DNA of 64,000 nt from assembly GCA_010093815.1 (NCBI GenBank), contig ML996567.1. The stretch is one strand, 5' to 3'. Shown piece by piece: positions 63,342-64,000 of this stretch (its first letter is position 1; every line of letters starts with the position of its first letter). The DNA comes from Pseudovirgaria hyperparasitica. Lineage: Eukaryota. The translations under genes and the position numbers were made by a program. Under the pieces are notes generated by a model, which was not told where the DNA came from, did not search any database, and saw only the letters and a list, made by a program, of their open reading frames with translations.

Positions 63342-64000
63342 ATGAGGACAGTGCAGCTAGAGGCTCTAATACTTCTTGCTCCAGCAATTACCCCGGTCCT
63401 TGCTGCTTCAGACTCATCTCGACCGCGGGGTGTAGGTCCTGAATGTGAGCTTCCGGAACAAGCTATCTCGTTATTGATCAATGCTCATTATACACAGTTG
63501 CAAAGTTCTTCAAAGATGCAAACACATTCACTTGCATCTCGAGTCCGTCTGTCAAGATTCCTTTCTCCCGCGTCAACGACGACTACTGCGACTGCCCGGA
63601 CGGCTCTGATGAGCCAGGCACTTCCGCGTGCTCCTATATCTCGCCCTTGTCGCCTCCCACCGTCGAAGAGAACACCTCACTAGCCCTACCTGGCTTCTAC
63701 TGTAAGAACAAGGGTCATTTGCCTGCATATGTACCATTTACGAACGTCAATGACGGTATATGTGACTACGAACAATGTTGTGATGGCAGTGAAGAGTGGG
63801 AGGGTGTCGGAGGCGTGAAGTGCGAGGACAAATGCAAAGAGATTGGCAAGGAGTGGAGGAAACTAGACGATGCCCGGCAAAAGTCGTTGAACAATGCAAA
63901 TCGCAAGCGAAAGGAGCTCGTAACTGAAGCCGCGCGGTTGCGCAAAGAGGTGGAAGATAGGCTTCAAACGCTGGCCACTGAGATTCAAGGATCAGAGCTC
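63342..64000 (+). CDS. GTB1: Glucosidase II beta subunit, 5' part (intron 63445-63497)
   Basis: Signal peptide; RPRGVGPE; VNDDYCDCPDGSDEPGTSAC; FYCKNKGH..VNDGICDY..CCDGSEE. Confidence 0.92.

Overview
Gene-dense window of a filamentous ascomycete genome (Pezizomycotina, probably Dothideomycete-like; short introns with GTRNGT donors and CTRAC branch sites). About 25 spliced genes could be assembled by hand: DUO1, MCM10, RNase H2B, an HNH nuclease, an ICL/PEP-mutase family lyase, a membrane GT2, a membrane GH16, a 4xWSC AA5_1 copper radical oxidase, AFG2, BUD13, a GCIP-like protein, TMEM16/IST2, PAM16, a GprM-like GPCR, NPL6/RSC7, SCH9, a peroxisomal MaoC dehydratase, a cyclin, RPS29, a CYP52-clan P450, GTB1 and three hypotheticals. 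There is also a frameshifted cyclase pseudogene and many microsatellites. Two candidates stand out. (1) The RPS29/uS14 gene has lost three of its four zinc-ligand cysteines, resembling bacterial zinc-sparing 'C-minus' S14 paralogs. (2) GT2, GH16 and WSC-AA5 form a contiguous trio that parallels the Streptomyces cslA-glxA-cslZ glycan system. Family assignments rest on motifs recognised by eye; no database searches were run. No rRNA, tRNA, CRISPR array or intact transposon was recognised.
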